Of a stretch of DNA of 64,000 nt, positions 45,861 through 58,693 are shown one piece after another. The position numbers and the translations under genes were made by a program. Numbering within the stretch: position 1 is the stretch's first letter; every line of letters begins with the position of its first letter. Location: assembly GCA_000004985.1 (NCBI GenBank), contig GG738900.1. One strand, written 5' to 3'. The notes beneath the pieces are model-generated. The model was not told the origin of the DNA, made no database searches, and saw only the letters and a list, made by a program, of their open reading frames with translations. The DNA comes from Naegleria gruberi (lineage: Eukaryota).

Positions 45861-46775
45861 GATGATTTTTGATCGAGTTGAATAAAATGTTTGTGTTGGT
45901 TGTTGTTTGTTATTAATAAATTAAAAGGAATGAGATCAAAAAAGTTAGTGTAGGAATAAATTAAATGGAGAGTGGTTTACAGAGGAAGAATTGGAGGAGA
46001 AGGGAGATGGAGAATCTAAATAATTATAATTCAAAATAGGTATTCAAGTACCTTTATAATTATAATAGATAAATATTAATGAAGCTGTTGTTGTAGAAGA
46101 CAATGACGGAAAACAGAGAGATTATCGTCCGTACACAATTCTTTCTTCTGTTGTTATTGTTGTTGTTGGTATTATTATTCCTTCAGAAAATATAAATCTT
46201 TTGAATTATCCAAGAGACAAGTCAAGTGATTATTATTCAATAATTGTTATTGTTGAGGAGGAGACAAATTTTTTGGGTGTTGTGTTTGATGGTTTTCTTC
46301 GTCTATCAAAAATAGATATGTGAGAGATGAAAATGTGCAGAAGTTACTTATTCTGTTGTGCTGCACAACAATTCGTGTTTCTCAAATTCAGTTCTTTTTT
46401 TCTTGTCTAAGGTACAACTACTCACACCTCCTCTGTGTTGATTCAGTGAATGTGTGGATTATTGTTAATGGAGGAATGACCGACTCAAAGTATTTTATTT
46501 ACTGATATTGTTGAAATGAGTTGGTTTGTAAGAATCAATGTAATCTTGGTAATTTTTTATTAGGGATTGTCATTGCTTATATTAGGTCAGAAACTAACAA
46601 CTGATATTAACTGAAATATTGTGTTAGAAGTCGGATCATGGTGCTTGTTGATCATTTGCGAGAATCGTGACCTCTCTTGTTGTGTGATGTATGAACCAGC
46701 AAATTTCACAATACAAGTCCACAAATAGACATCTGGTCTTTTGCCTTTTGGAAATTCAAACTATTAAGGAAAATT

Positions 46776-48008
46776 TCAAGTCAAAGAAAACAGAGGCCGG
46801 GATTGAGGCAACTTCTTTTCTAGCCCAATCTTTGAACAAATTTGAAGCCAGGCTTTCTCGGCTGAATTATTTTGAATGCTTTCTGGGAGTTGGCCTAGGA
46901 GTTGAAGGTCTTGTTTGAATTTCTCGAAGCTTTTTAACATATCAAAGTGTCTGTTTTGGTGAATGGGTGAGTTGGGCATCAAATAAAGACATTTCTCAGA
47001 ATAATCAATAGCCTGTATGAAATTTCCTTGCCTCAATGATAACTGCGACAATACTTGGTAAAGATGAGCAATTTTCTTGTCTAATTTTTGTGATCTCCTT
47101 GCAATGTCGAGAGTATCAATAATTTCAGTGATTAATTGTTTCGACTCATCGATTGATTGCACATTTTCAGCAACGTACGACTTGGCAACCGCCTTGTATT
47201 CCTTAAGAGAGAATTCGATTTCTAGTCGCTCATGTTTAGACAGAACTCTAGAGAAGGTGCCATTATATATTCCTTTGGAAATGTAATCTATCATTTCTAG
47301 TGCAGTTAAATATCTATCTCTGGTACATTGTTTATAAGATTGTTGGGTGATGTATTTGCTCTTTGTTTGTTTTTCCAGTTGAGCTGAATATTTGCTATTC
47401 AAATATAAATCAACCATCATCCACATTATTCCAATATTCAGAGGGAATAATTTAATCATCTCTTGTAGACAATTTTCGTATTCCATTAATTTTTTTTCAT
47501 TTAACAAAACTTTGGAAATAGATTTCCAGACTAATATTTTGTTAAACTCATTCAAATCACCACTTTTCAATAGATTTGACAGGCTTTCAACAGAAATATC
47601 ATTGGATGTGACAATATTAGATTGAGAGCATGTCAAATATATTTTTCTAGACAGTGCTTGCTTGTTTGTTTCTGATAAAATTGACCATGTTGCATTCTTC
47701 CAATCATTCCCAATACAAAACATATCCACAATATTTTCTTCTCTTTTTCCGATCAAATGACCTCTTACAATTAGTAGCCTTAGCAATGATTGTCTCGGAA
47801 TGATGGTGAATTTCTCCAATCCAACACTTTTGAAAGATTCTTCAATCAACAAGCATTAACTGAAATTCGTTACATGACACAATAAGAAAAACAAACCTTC
47901 GGAATAAAGTTGGTTTGAACCAGTAGTACTATGAGAGACAAGATCTGATGTTGTTGAGCAAATCTTTGAATCATCACCAGAAGCCTCCGATTGATTGGCC
48001 TTGTTCAT
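46776..48008 (-). CDS. Hypothetical alpha-helical (TPR-like?) protein; exons 47897-48008 and 46776-47839 (57-nt intron)
   Basis: The 358-aa track ORF begins at TTG. An upstream ATG exon (MNKANQSEASGDDSKICSTTSDLVSHSTTGSNQLYSE) joins in frame via GTTTGT..TGAAG. No family recognised. Confidence 0.45.
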
Positions 48009-48144
48009 CACACTTGTCTATTTTTTAAAAAATTCATAAAAATAAAAATCAATACACTGAACTCGCTATTTGTTCGAAAATCTCCCGCCACATATTTACT
48101 TTTTGTTGTTTAGGTTCTTAGCTGAGAAAACACAAACTGTAAAA

Positions 48145-50845
48145 ATGAGTGTACCAAGGTATCGCCCAGCAGGAGGTAGTCTCACTTCGAGGTTAAATCC
48201 CTCGTTCTTTGCCCTTGCTGACAGATACCCAAGTAGTGCGGAGGAGGAAGATGAAGCAAATGAAGATGAAATTGAGGAAGAGGAGTTTGCTTTTGCTTTG
48301 CCAAAGACTGGTACTGATTTTTTGTTAGGACCTAATCCTGTACATCTTAATTCATTGTCAGCAATACCTGAACCGGTATACAATGTTGACCCAACAACAG
48401 CTAGTAGGATGATGTTACAGGATTCAGCTAGGTTAACAGGAAAAAGACCTTATCATAAAGTTGTATATGATTGTTTTGGAGTTGGTCATGGAGACGAACA
48501 TTTTGATGAGGAATCATTATTTCGATTTCTAGAAACAAATCCAATACCTTTAAATTTAGGAACAAATTGTCAGAGACAAAATCTGCCAAAAGTGACTAGC
48601 ATGGTTAATTCCGATTCTTTATTATTCGAGTCTAGGTTTGAGAGTGGAAACCTTAGAAGAGCTGTTCAAATTTACGATTATGAATATGATTTAATTTTAA
48701 AATTTGATGTTGAAACAAATGGACATACTCAATGGTTCTATTTCTCAATTCAAAATGCAAAAAGAGGAAGAAAGTACAAATTTAATATTGTAAATTATTT
48801 GAAACAAGATAGTTTATATAATCATGGCATGCTGCCATTATTTTATTCAACCAATGATGCTTTAACAAAAGGGCAAGGTTGGATCAGGTCCGGAACAGAT
48901 GTTTGTTATTATAGGAATAACATCAAACGAAAAGGAGGATCTTACTACACTCTTACATTTACCTTTGAGGTTGCACATGATAATGATGTTTGCTATTTTG
49001 CCTATTCATACCCTTACACATACACAAATTTACAAAATTATTTAAATAATTTGGAAAAAGACAAAGTGAGGAGTCAATATTTAAGAAGAAGAGTTCTATG
49101 TAATGATCTTGCTGGAAATTCATGTGATGCATTAACCATAACTTCTTTTGCTGGAGATCCTTCTGCTCTCAAAACGAGAAAAGGAATTGTTTTAACGGCA
49201 AGAGTACACCCTGGAGAATCCAACTCGAGTTGGATTATTAAGGGAGTCATCGACTTTTTAACTGGTTCGAGTATTGAATCGAAAGTATTACGAGAAAATT
49301 TCATTTTCAAAATAGTTCCAATGTTGAATCCAGATGGAGTCATAAATGGAAACTATAGATGTGCTCTTTCAGGATCTGATTTGAATAGAAAATGGCATAA
49401 TCCAAACATCAAAACTCATCCAACAATTTTCCACACAAAAAAGATGGTTTTACAATTCCAAAAAGAACGAGAAGTAGTTTTATTTTGTGATTTTCACGGA
49501 CATAGTAGGAAGAAGAACATGTTCATGTATGGATGTACTGTTTCGAAATATGGTGTGGAGAGATTACTACCCAAAATTTTCCCAAGACTTCTATGGAAGA
49601 TTTCACCTCACTTTTCATTTAAGGATTGTCATTTCGGCAAACAAAAAGGAAAGGATACAACCGCAAGAGTTGTGATGCATAAGAGTGGAGTGAAGAATGC
49701 ATTTACATTGGAGGCATCATTCTGTGGACCAGACACTGGAATACACATGGGAAGACAATTCACTTGTAAACATTTCGAGCAGATGGGCCACTACTTTTGC
49801 CAGGGTATACTTGAGTTTTGTAATCCAGAACAAACTCAAGTCAATCTAATTATCAAAGAATTAGATTTATTATTTCCAGAAAAATACAAAGATGAAGATT
49901 CCACAAGAGAGTAAGTATTTGACATTATCCAGACAAAATTAATGCCCAATTAATCACAGCAAATATTCCAGCTCAGAAGAGGATGATGATGAGCCAGTTC
50001 CACCTCCTCAGCTCATTGAGAAACTTTCCCAAATCCCTACCCCTAGAGTGTTATCCTCAAGGAGAGGATCTAATGCTTCCGAATACTCTCAATCAGTGTA
50101 CAGTTATTCCTCGGTTGGCCGAAGTAGCCAACACTCTAGTACCACTTCAATTAACTACTCCAAACCAACAATAACAGTTCCAGTAATTATTCCACCAAAA
50201 TTGAATCATTCCAATCCTCAATCAGCTCCTCCATCAGCTATCTCAGTAGGTAATACTCCAAGGACAGCTAGTTCTGCCAAAGTAATTCATCCAACACCAC
50301 CACCAGTGCCACCCAAAGATTCTGATAAGAGACCAAACCTCCTTAAGAGAAGTCAATCCTTTTCTAATAATAATCAGCTTCCAAAATCAAATAAGAATGA
50401 GAAACCAGTTGAAAAACAGAAAAAAGTGACAAAGACAGTTGTGCAAGCAAAGAAAAAACGAATTGTCAGACCAAATAATACAGCTCGCTCAATGTACAAA
50501 CCAAGACCTTACACGCCTCCAGCTATTGATATCAATCCATTTTCCTACGATACTGACAAGATAATTCAATCCTTCAAGACGACTGACAACACAAATTATG
50601 ATCCAATCATGGAGCTCATTGAAAAAGTGGAATCCATTAAAAATCTAAGAAAGGAACGAGCTATTGAAAATTTGAAACAAGCAAAATTGAAACCAATGCA
50701 AGCCAAACCTTTCAACAAATTTGCAGCCTCTCCCTCTCTCAAACCCTCAGATAATTTATTCTCAATTACGAATTCCACAACAATTAGCACGACTTCAACC
50801 AATAGCAGCCAGCTCTTTCCTAGTATTGTTTATAAAAAACGATAA
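48145..50845 (+). CDS. Cytosolic carboxypeptidase (Nna1/AGBL family M14 metallocarboxypeptidase); exons ~48145-49910 and 49960-50845 (49-nt intron)
   Basis: The Nna1 N-domain hallmark FESGNL. M14 zinc-ligand and substrate motifs HPGESNSSWI, GSDLNRKW and FCDFHGHS. The TAA at 49912 overlaps a GTAAGT donor. Splicing continues in frame into the Ser/Pro-rich ORF at 50048-50845, for a total of about 885 aa. Confidence 0.8.
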
Positions 50846-50849
50846 AAAA

Positions 50850-52475
50850 ATGCTCGGACGCTCAACTTCGTATGTTTTTATTTTGCGATTTTTCATCATC
50901 AACAACAATAGAAACGGAAAGGCTTTTAGCAAACTCTTGAAAGGATTTGCTTCTCAACAAGTTAGAAACAAGACAATTAACGTACGTAAACAACAATAAT
51001 TTCCGTGTTTTTAAATTTTTTAGTTGAATTATAGAGGAAAAGCAACTATTCGTGATGGATTGAGTGGTTCCACCACTGAAGTCGGTACCCCAGTCAATGA
51101 TTCCGTATGTAATATTTCTATTAGTATTAGAATATATTTATTATTATTATTTTCTACAGATGTCTGTCTCTGTTTGGAGCAAGGGTTTCACAAGATGTTT
51201 GCAAATTAATCGTCCACGTGAATCTAACAGAATTACTTCTGAAGTCGCTAGGGATTTATTGCATCAATTTAAGGTTTGTTTCTCATCACAATATGATGAT
51301 GATAATTATTATTCTTCATCAACAACAGGTTATGGATACCAACCCAATTATTAATCTTATTACTTTGTCTGGAATTGGAAATGGTTTTTTGAGTGCTGGA
51401 TATGATTTTAGAGAACTTCAAAATTTGATGGATAAGGGTGATTATGAAACTGTTTACTCATTGGTCAGAGATACTCACAAACTTGCATACTATGCTGCTA
51501 ACTGTGAAACTCCAACAATGAGTGTTATTAATGGTCTTATGCGTATGTTTCAATTATTATTAGAGTTTTTTAACTTGTTTAAATAGTCGGTCCTGGTACA
51601 TCTTTGGGTACTTCTGCAAACTATGTTATTGCCACTCCTGGTTCTCTCTTCTCTGCTGCTGACTCTGCATATGGTTACTTCCCAGATTGTGGTGTTACCA
51701 TGTTGCTTTCACGAGTAAATCAAAAGCATGAAGGTCTCGGAACTTTCCTCGGTCTGACAGGTGCTCAAGTCAAATCAAGTGATTTGGTGTAAGTTTCTAA
51801 TTTTAATTTTTTTAATTAACTATTTAAAGTAATTGTGGAATTGCCACTTCATTCGGTATGGAAAGCATGTCTCAATACATTGCTGAACGTCTTCTTGAAG
51901 TTCAAACCGGAGCTAACCAAGATGATATTCATAACTGCATTGTGGAATCTACTGAATCTGATGTTCCTGCTTTGTCTTTCGCTTTTGAATTATATAAGAT
52001 TAAGGAACACTTCTCAAATAAGAAATCTGTCGAAGAAATTATACAATCACTCAAAAATACTATTACTGATTCTACAAAGACAAAACCTGAAAGAGATTGG
52101 GCTGCTAATATTTTGGAAAATATGAATCAATTATCACCATTGAGTCTGAAGGTTACTTTCAGAGCTATTCAAGAATGTGACCAAGGATTAGGTTTGGATG
52201 AAACTTATCAAAGAGATTATCGTATTGCTTCTCGATTGATCAAATCTAAGGATTTTAAACAAGGTGTTAATTCTGTTTTGACTGGAATTGAACCTGTTTG
52301 GGAATTTGAATCAGTTGAAAAAGTTCCTGATAGTGTTGTTGATTCCCTCTTTACTCCATTGAGTTTCGAAAAGGATGTTGATTGCGAACTCCAATTACCT
52401 GAAGAAGTTTTCCTGGAAGATCAAATTCTTTTCCAAATCAAAAAGAACCAATCCGTCCAAATTGCTAAACAATAA
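50850..52475 (+). CDS. HIBCH: 3-hydroxyisobutyryl-CoA hydrolase, mitochondrial (crotonase fold); exons 50850-50981, 51024-51104, 51160-51273, 51329-51542, 51587-51788, 51830-52475
   Basis: N-terminal presequence MLGRSTSYVFILRFF. GPGTSLG..ATPGSLFSAADSAYGYFPDCGVTMLLSR matches HIBCH [53 protein letters not shown] matches the C-terminal HIBCH helix. The five introns are 42-56 nt and each exon joins in frame. Confidence 0.8.
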
Positions 52476-52514
52476 TTTATAATAAAAAAGTCTAAGAATA
52501 AGGAAATTTTGAAT

Positions 52515-53385
52515 TTAGTGAACTTTTTTCCTTTCCACTCGGTAAGTATGAACATAAAATTGAAGAAATAAGAGCAAGAAACTTAGAATTACACCTTGTC
52601 CAAGCCATAATACCTCTTCACTACCACTACATTTGACTTCTGCCACATATAAATAATAGAGATACAATTGAGGAACTACTAGATCAAGTACGAATTGACC
52701 TATTTGAAGTATTGTAACATATTTCTTCCAAGTTACATTAATTCCAATTGCCGCCCTTGAATAATAATAGTACATGATTACATGAATATAGCCATTCGTC
52801 ACAACTGCAACCCACTATAATAACAAGATGTTAGTGATTAAAAGAGTATAAAAAACATACCTGAAGAGACATCTTATCACAAAGAGCGACATAAACCAAG
52901 CCAAGTGTCACTATATGATGGTAGACGTGCAAAAAAGTTAGTGGTCTCCTTTTCAAAATCATCAATACTGTATCTATCAACTCGTAATGTTTAGATAAAT
53001 AAAAGATATAAGTCCAAAAGTTTAATGGACCAACAGTTGTCGATGTTTGTGGATCACAAAATACAGACTCTAGAGAATATCCATTTCTAATATAAATCCG
53101 TATTGATTCCAATAAATTGCCAGTTGCCATAAACAAGCTAAGTATACAAAGAAATAAATTGTGTAAATAGGTAAACCTTTTCAATTCAAAAACCCTTTCC
53201 TCCTTCCGATATTTTAAATTAATTATAAATTGAAAAAGGTATATAAATATTGTATAGGCTATTAATGAAAAGAATGGATATCTCCAGTGACTCAGAGGTG
53301 TTTTTCCATATTCAAAACTAAAATTCTTTACGTAATCGGGATATAACGAATAAATGTTATCCAATATTTCAACAAATTGTGACAT
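52515..53385 (-). CDS. ELO-family fatty-acid elongase; exons 52861-53385 and 52515-52814 (46-nt intron)
   Basis: The histidine box LTFLHVYHHIV and NGYIHVIMYYYYS motifs. Multiple TM helices. Confidence 0.85.
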
Positions 53386-53913
53386 TCAATCCATATATAC
53401 AAAATTATTAATCAGTGATGATGATGTTATTGTTGTCGTATCCGTGATGGTAGTATTATTATTTGTGTCAAGCAAAAAACTACTCTTCCGAATCAACTGT
53501 TCGCTCTTTTGGAAATTTTTTTAAATATTTTTTGTTGGAGAAATTTCCGATCAAGGTGGCCACAGCGAACAAGCTGAAATTCAACTATGTGACAAATTGG
53601 CTAATCGGTTTCTAGTACGAAAGGAGCAAGGTGGATATTGAGACGATATGCAAATTGTGTGTAAACTCAACAGGATAAATTTTCAGTTGCCATGGGGTAT
53701 TAAGGTAAATTTTTGGTCTTCAAAACTGTAAAATGTCCATTTGAAAAGACTAATTGTCCAATATTTAACTGATCTAACGAATTCCTCTTCTTTTGTATTG
53801 AGTGTTACAGTAGCCATATTTCTTGAGATGAAAAGAAGCGCATATTTTCAAGTTGACAATACATTACAATTCCTTTTTAAACTTTTTAAAGCTGCAAATC
53901 TCATTTCAAAAAA

Positions 53914-54516
53914 ATGTCTAAATCAGATTTCTTCCTGTTTGCTGCAATCTTTGTAGTGATTTCTGGCATTGCCCAAGCTAAATACCTTCAAATCTACCAT
54001 TACAATTCTCGTAACTGTTTAGAATCCAACTATGTAAAGGTTGATATCTTTAGAGAGGGTTGTTTTTCCTTTGAAAATTATGTTGAAAGTCAATACGCTA
54101 CTTGCAATGGTTCTTATGGTTATCTTGAAATCATGAAGAATCATATTGAATGTGGAAAGGACCCTATCGTATTCAAATTGGGAGTTTGTGTCAATATTGA
54201 AGATGATATAGTTCGTTCCTATAGAGTTACTTGTGGTGATTTCGTCTCCAAAGAGAAAATGTTCTGGGAAATGGCCTACAATGATAGAAGATGTGAAAAG
54301 TTTGTGAGATCAGCAACTGGTCACGTTATTGGAAAATGTGATGCCACTGCTGATTTTGGAGTTGGAGCAAAGGTTTACACATGCGAAAGAGATGATACCA
54401 GAGTTCAGGTACTTACATATAAATCCAGCACGCAATGTATTGGAGGAATTAGAACTAATCAAACATGGACTACTGAATGTGATAACAGATTCCAAAATGT
54501 TTGTGGACTTGTTTAG
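53914..54516 (+). CDS. Secreted cysteine-rich protein of unknown family
   Basis: Signal peptide MSKSDFFLFAAIFVVISGIAQA, then 14 Cys in about 180 aa. No TM or GPI signal seen. Confidence 0.5.
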   Translation: MSKSDFFLFAAIFVVISGIAQAKYLQIYHYNSRNCLESNYVKVDIFREGCFSFENYVESQYATCNGSYGYLEIMKNHIECGKDPIVFKLGVCVNIEDDIVRSYRVTCGDFVSKEKMFWEMAYNDRRCEKFVRSATGHVIGKCDATADFGVGAKVYTCERDDTRVQVLTYKSSTQCIGGIRTNQTWTTECDNRFQNVCGLV

Positions 54517-54854
54517 GTAATTTAATTATTTCCACATTCGAATAAATAGCATGAAGCATTTTTTATTTGAATATTCATTTCAAATCTTCAATTCAATCAA
54601 TTCATAACATGCATTATCCATTCCATCAGAGCAGTAATTATTTTCAACATAATTATATAGATTCGAATCTCTAACGTCCTTATTCCAAGTAAAAAACTCC
54701 CATTTGTACATATTCAGAATCCAATATTACCCCATTCTCCCAATACTCCTCATCATTGTGTCTATTTGGAGAATAAATTTGTCAGCTTTGGATACAAGAC
54801 AGTAAAACAACAATTTGAAAAAAACAAAACAACAATAATATAGAAACATACAAA

Positions 54855-55169
54855 ATGGTGAGAAACATTGCACTCTCTGAAGTTGAAGAACATGGTCCAA
54901 ATCATCAAGATCCTTGGATTATTATCTCGGGAAAGGTTGTAGCCTTTGGAACGTATAAGGATGAACATCCGGGTGGTGAAGATGTCATTCTCGAATGGGC
55001 TGGTAAGGATGGCACAAAGGCCTTCAATGATGCTGGTCATGGAAGTAGTGCTAAGAGTGACATGCAAAAGTATATAGTTGGAGAGTTTGAGGGTGCATCC
55101 GATGTTGCTGCAGCCTCATCAGAGACTGCTCCTCAGGAAGGTGAAAAGAAGGAATGTTCCATTCAATAA
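54855..55169 (+). CDS. Cytochrome b5 (soluble, no membrane anchor)
   Basis: The heme-binding core HPGGEDVILEWAGKDGTKAFNDAGHGSSA (HPGG...G.D.T..F...GHS). Confidence 0.85.
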   Translation: MVRNIALSEVEEHGPNHQDPWIIISGKVVAFGTYKDEHPGGEDVILEWAGKDGTKAFNDAGHGSSAKSDMQKYIVGEFEGASDVAAASSETAPQEGEKKECSIQ

Positions 55170-55433
55170 TTTTGATATCTAGCTTTGAAATTGTAATTTA
55201 AGAGTATTAATTGTAAACTCAAAGATACTAAGATTGTATAATATAAATGAGAGTGAAATTTTGATTTTGAATCAATTCTATTTCTTTAAACAATGCAAAA
55301 AACAATGCTAGCAGAACGAACTATGTCTATTTCCAAAACAAATCCAAAATGCAAAGGACGAAACTTGACTTGCCTTCAATCTTATCCAATTGCTTTTGTT
55401 AACAAAGAAAATTGAAAAAACAATACATAAAAA

Positions 55434-55934
55434 ATGTCAGCTCAATCAGGGAAGAATTGTTCTGTATGTTTTGTTTGTCTCGGAAATATTTGTCGGTCAC
55501 CAATGGCAGAGATTGTCATGTTGGCTTTGATAAAGGAAAAGAAGGCAAAAGTTGATTTCATTGTTGATTCTTGTGGTACGGCTAGTTATCACGTCGGAGA
55601 GGAGCATGATGATAGAACACTTTCCACATGTAAAAAGTATTATCCATGGTTAAATACTGATGATATGAGAGCGAGACAAATTTGCCAGGATGATTTTGAA
55701 GATTTTGATTATATTCTAGTAATGGATGAATCAAATTTGAGAAATGTTAATTCAATTAGAAAGAACAAGTCTGGAAAAGCTAAGGTCCAATTATTAGGTT
55801 GTTATGACCCTGAAAAGAAGAATTCAATTGTGGAAGATCCATATTATGGTGGAATGAGTGGATTTGAGTCAATTTTCAAACAAATTAAGAGAAGTTTGGA
55901 AAATTTCATTCAAATAATTGAGTCAGAGCAATAA
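55434..55934 (+). CDS. Low-molecular-weight protein tyrosine phosphatase
   Basis: The P-loop VCFVCLGNICRSPMAE (C-X5-R-S) and a DPYYG Asp loop. Confidence 0.88.
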   Translation: MSAQSGKNCSVCFVCLGNICRSPMAEIVMLALIKEKKAKVDFIVDSCGTASYHVGEEHDDRTLSTCKKYYPWLNTDDMRARQICQDDFEDFDYILVMDESNLRNVNSIRKNKSGKAKVQLLGCYDPEKKNSIVEDPYYGGMSGFESIFKQIKRSLENFIQIIESEQ

Positions 55935-55983
55935 AAGAATAATAGATTTATTATGATCCTTTTGAAATTAATTTACATTAGGT

Positions 55984-57246
55984 TTACAGTTCAATGAGTT
56001 GCTTAGGTTTTTCGACTTCTTGTTTAGGTTTTTTAGCTGATTGAGAATGGTAATGTTGTTTGGAAAGAATTTGTGAAAGAATTCTCTTCTTGTCTTTCAG
56101 TTCACTTTCTGAAGTATCGCAATGAATGGAATTAATTGTTGAATAAAAGTCGTTCTGTGTTGAAACAAAAGTATCAATAATTTTTTCATCTCGCTCCAAT
56201 TCATTACTATTATGTTCAATCATCTTTTCAAGATTCTTTGTCAATCTTTCAACATGTTCACATTCGTCATATTCTTCTCCGTGATTGATTTCTCCAAAGA
56301 AAATTTCATGAATATATGAATTATTTCTCAAATACCTTTGAAGTGCTTCATTATAGACTGTTTCGTCGTGAGTCTCAGAAACTGAAAGAGCTGGAATTTT
56401 AGAAATGGAAAGTGATGCCTTTAACATTGAAAATTCTTCATCCCCTAAATCAAGTTCTTTAGAAGTAACTGTTAAACTTCTAATATCTTCAACGGATCTA
56501 CTGATAGTATCATCTGGATTTGTAAACCAAGATTCCTTGGAGGAATATGGAGTTGTCACAGCTGGTGAGAATAATCCAATAGATGGTGATGCTGGTGTGT
56601 TAAGAGGAAGGAATAAAGATGATGCTGGTGTAGCAAGAGATGGTGATGTTATATTTTGAGTATCCAATGTCCTTGGAGTGGCAGGTGTACTGGCAGCCAT
56701 AGATGAGGATGGACTTGATGGAGTTTCAACCTTCTTCTTTTTGCTACGGGATCTACTAGACTTTTTCTGTTCTTTAGCAATACTCTTCATGAATTTCTTC
56801 AGGTTATCATCATCTTCATCACTAACATCCTCACCATCAGCAACTGTGGGAGAAATTCCTTCTTCTTTACATAATTCGTGATAATTTGATGTTCTTCTAA
56901 GTTCAATTTCCAACTCTTCATCATCTTGAATAACCTTCCCTTTTATCAATCCATTTTCTATCAATTGATTCCAAGTACCAAAATAAAGAGGTTGATGTTT
57001 GGTTAATTCATCATAGATGACCGGACAACATTTCCTAAAGTGATTCTTAAAGTTGGTACCAAAATTACCCACAGCACGATCACACATTGGACATACTCTA
57101 TAGGTTGTCGTTTTTCTCTTTGACTTTTCCGCAGTGTTGATATACCTGATAATACTCTGATCAGAATCCTTGATAATTCTTTCCAAAATTTGTTTAATTT
57201 GTTCTTCCGTCAACGGTGCTTCATTGGTCTTTTTCTTTTTCGACAT
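55984..57246 (-). CDS. Hypothetical protein with N-terminal C2HC-type zinc-binding motif and Ser/Thr/Pro-rich middle
   Basis: CPMCDRAVGNFGTNFKNHFRKCC near the N-terminus. The low-complexity region carries many S/TP sites. No family recognised. Confidence 0.45.
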   Translation of the reverse strand: MSKKKKTNEAPLTEEQIKQILERIIKDSDQSIIRYINTAEKSKRKTTTYRVCPMCDRAVGNFGTNFKNHFRKCCPVIYDELTKHQPLYFGTWNQLIENGLIKGKVIQDDEELEIELRRTSNYHELCKEEGISPTVADGEDVSDEDDDNLKKFMKSIAKEQKKSSRSRSKKKKVETPSSPSSSMAASTPATPRTLDTQNITSPSLATPASSLFLPLNTPASPSIGLFSPAVTTPYSSKESWFTNPDDTISRSVEDIRSLTVTSKELDLGDEEFSMLKASLSISKIPALSVSETHDETVYNEALQRYLRNNSYIHEIFFGEINHGEEYDECEHVERLTKNLEKMIEHNSNELERDEKIIDTFVSTQNDFYSTINSIHCDTSESELKDKKRILSQILSKQHYHSQSAKKPKQEVEKPKQLIEL

Positions 57247-57494
57247 TTTTTTTTAATTTAATTTCAAATATTTATTGTTTTATATTTTAAATAATACCCT
57301 TTTAAAAACATTATTTGAATACAACAATAATTTTTCAGCTACTTGAAGCTAATAGGGAAACTTACCATTATCATCGTATTCTGCTTTTCAACCTCCACTT
57401 TGAAGTTAAACGTCATGGTGATGAAAAAAGTTGAAACTCTATTAATAAAAATCTAAGTTGAAAAAATTATCATTAAAACTCTCAACAATCCAGG

Positions 57495-58679
57495 ATGGAA
57501 GGAAAACAAGAAGAATTATCGGTATTGGTTATTGCTTCTGATAGTGTTCAGCCAACATCAACAAATTCTACTACCACTTCTTCTTCTTTAAATCATGATC
57601 TCTCCTCTTCCGAGGATCTATCCAAAAAGGAGGAAAATAGAAGAACAAAAAAGTTTTATGATAATCAAACAACATACTTTATGAATGAACAGAGTAGAGC
57701 ATTCACTACAAGAATTGCTCCTGCTGTAGTTTTGGAAAGTAAAAAGAAGGATAAATCGGATAAGAGAGATTTTGCTAGGGAAGCTAAGAAAATGCAATCG
57801 AAACCAATTAATGAAAATTCTAAAAAGATTATTAAAGCTCCTTCATTGAAGGAGGATGACCATGGTTTGGAATTTGTCACAGAGGAAGAATTGTCTAGAG
57901 TTAAACAATTGGCACAAGACAAGTACCAATTAGATTTGGATCAATTGTTTCAATATGAAACTAATCAGGATTCTAATAACGTTGAATTGATGGAAAGATT
58001 GAAATTGAATCACATTGACGATATTTCACTTTTACTTGATATTTTAATACCACCTATTTATGCTACTCAATTGATTGAATTTGGAAGAGATAATTTACCA
58101 CTCATTCTGCAATGGGAATATATTATGGATAAATTATTATTATCAGATGAAGATGAAGCACAATTCATCTTTCCACCTGGAAAGAAAAAACTTAGACATT
58201 TGGAACACAACATTACTGACTATTATAGAATACTATCTAGAGGTGTAGATCCTGAACCACTTAGACGAGTTGCTGTTTTGAGGAAAAAATCAGAAGCAAG
58301 AAGGCCTCTTGTTCTCTTGAGTGAAGTGTTGACCAATTCTGCACGATACCAACAACTTCAACAATTGTTAAAAGACAGAATTGATAAGCTTACACAAGAG
58401 GAAGAACTTAAAAGGATCGAGAAAATCAAACGGATTTTGGGTGACAAGTTTAATGGAGCACCTATCGAGGAGTGTGATAGTAATGGTTTTAAACTCGTAA
58501 TTTCAAAAAAGAGGTATGAAGGTAAACCAAACAGATCTAAGGCAAAAGGTCAACCCGTGCTAACAGGCCAAACTGAAGCTGCCACAACAGAGCCTATTTC
58601 ACCAAAGCCTTCAACAAGTAACTCTGAAGAAAAACCTCAAAATCAAAATCTCAATTCGTATGAAATTCTGAAAGCTTAA
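57495..58679 (+). CDS. Hypothetical protein
   Basis: 394-aa ORF with an acidic/Ser N-terminus and a conserved-looking helical C-half. Not recognised. Confidence 0.4.
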   Translation: MEGKQEELSVLVIASDSVQPTSTNSTTTSSSLNHDLSSSEDLSKKEENRRTKKFYDNQTTYFMNEQSRAFTTRIAPAVVLESKKKDKSDKRDFAREAKKMQSKPINENSKKIIKAPSLKEDDHGLEFVTEEELSRVKQLAQDKYQLDLDQLFQYETNQDSNNVELMERLKLNHIDDISLLLDILIPPIYATQLIEFGRDNLPLILQWEYIMDKLLLSDEDEAQFIFPPGKKKLRHLEHNITDYYRILSRGVDPEPLRRVAVLRKKSEARRPLVLLSEVLTNSARYQQLQQLLKDRIDKLTQEEELKRIEKIKRILGDKFNGAPIEECDSNGFKLVISKKRYEGKPNRSKAKGQPVLTGQTEAATTEPISPKPSTSNSEEKPQNQNLNSYEILKA

Positions 58680-58693
58680 GAACATTAAATAAT

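Noticed and set aside
45900-46700. Possible transposon or extra gene in the 900-bp spacer upstream of the CaMKK-like gene
   Set aside because: It contains short GTT/ATT microsatellite-like runs and small ORFs (46320-46505). There are no terminal repeats, no transposase or reverse-transcriptase motifs and no convincing coding signal. It is more likely promoter or 5' UTR.
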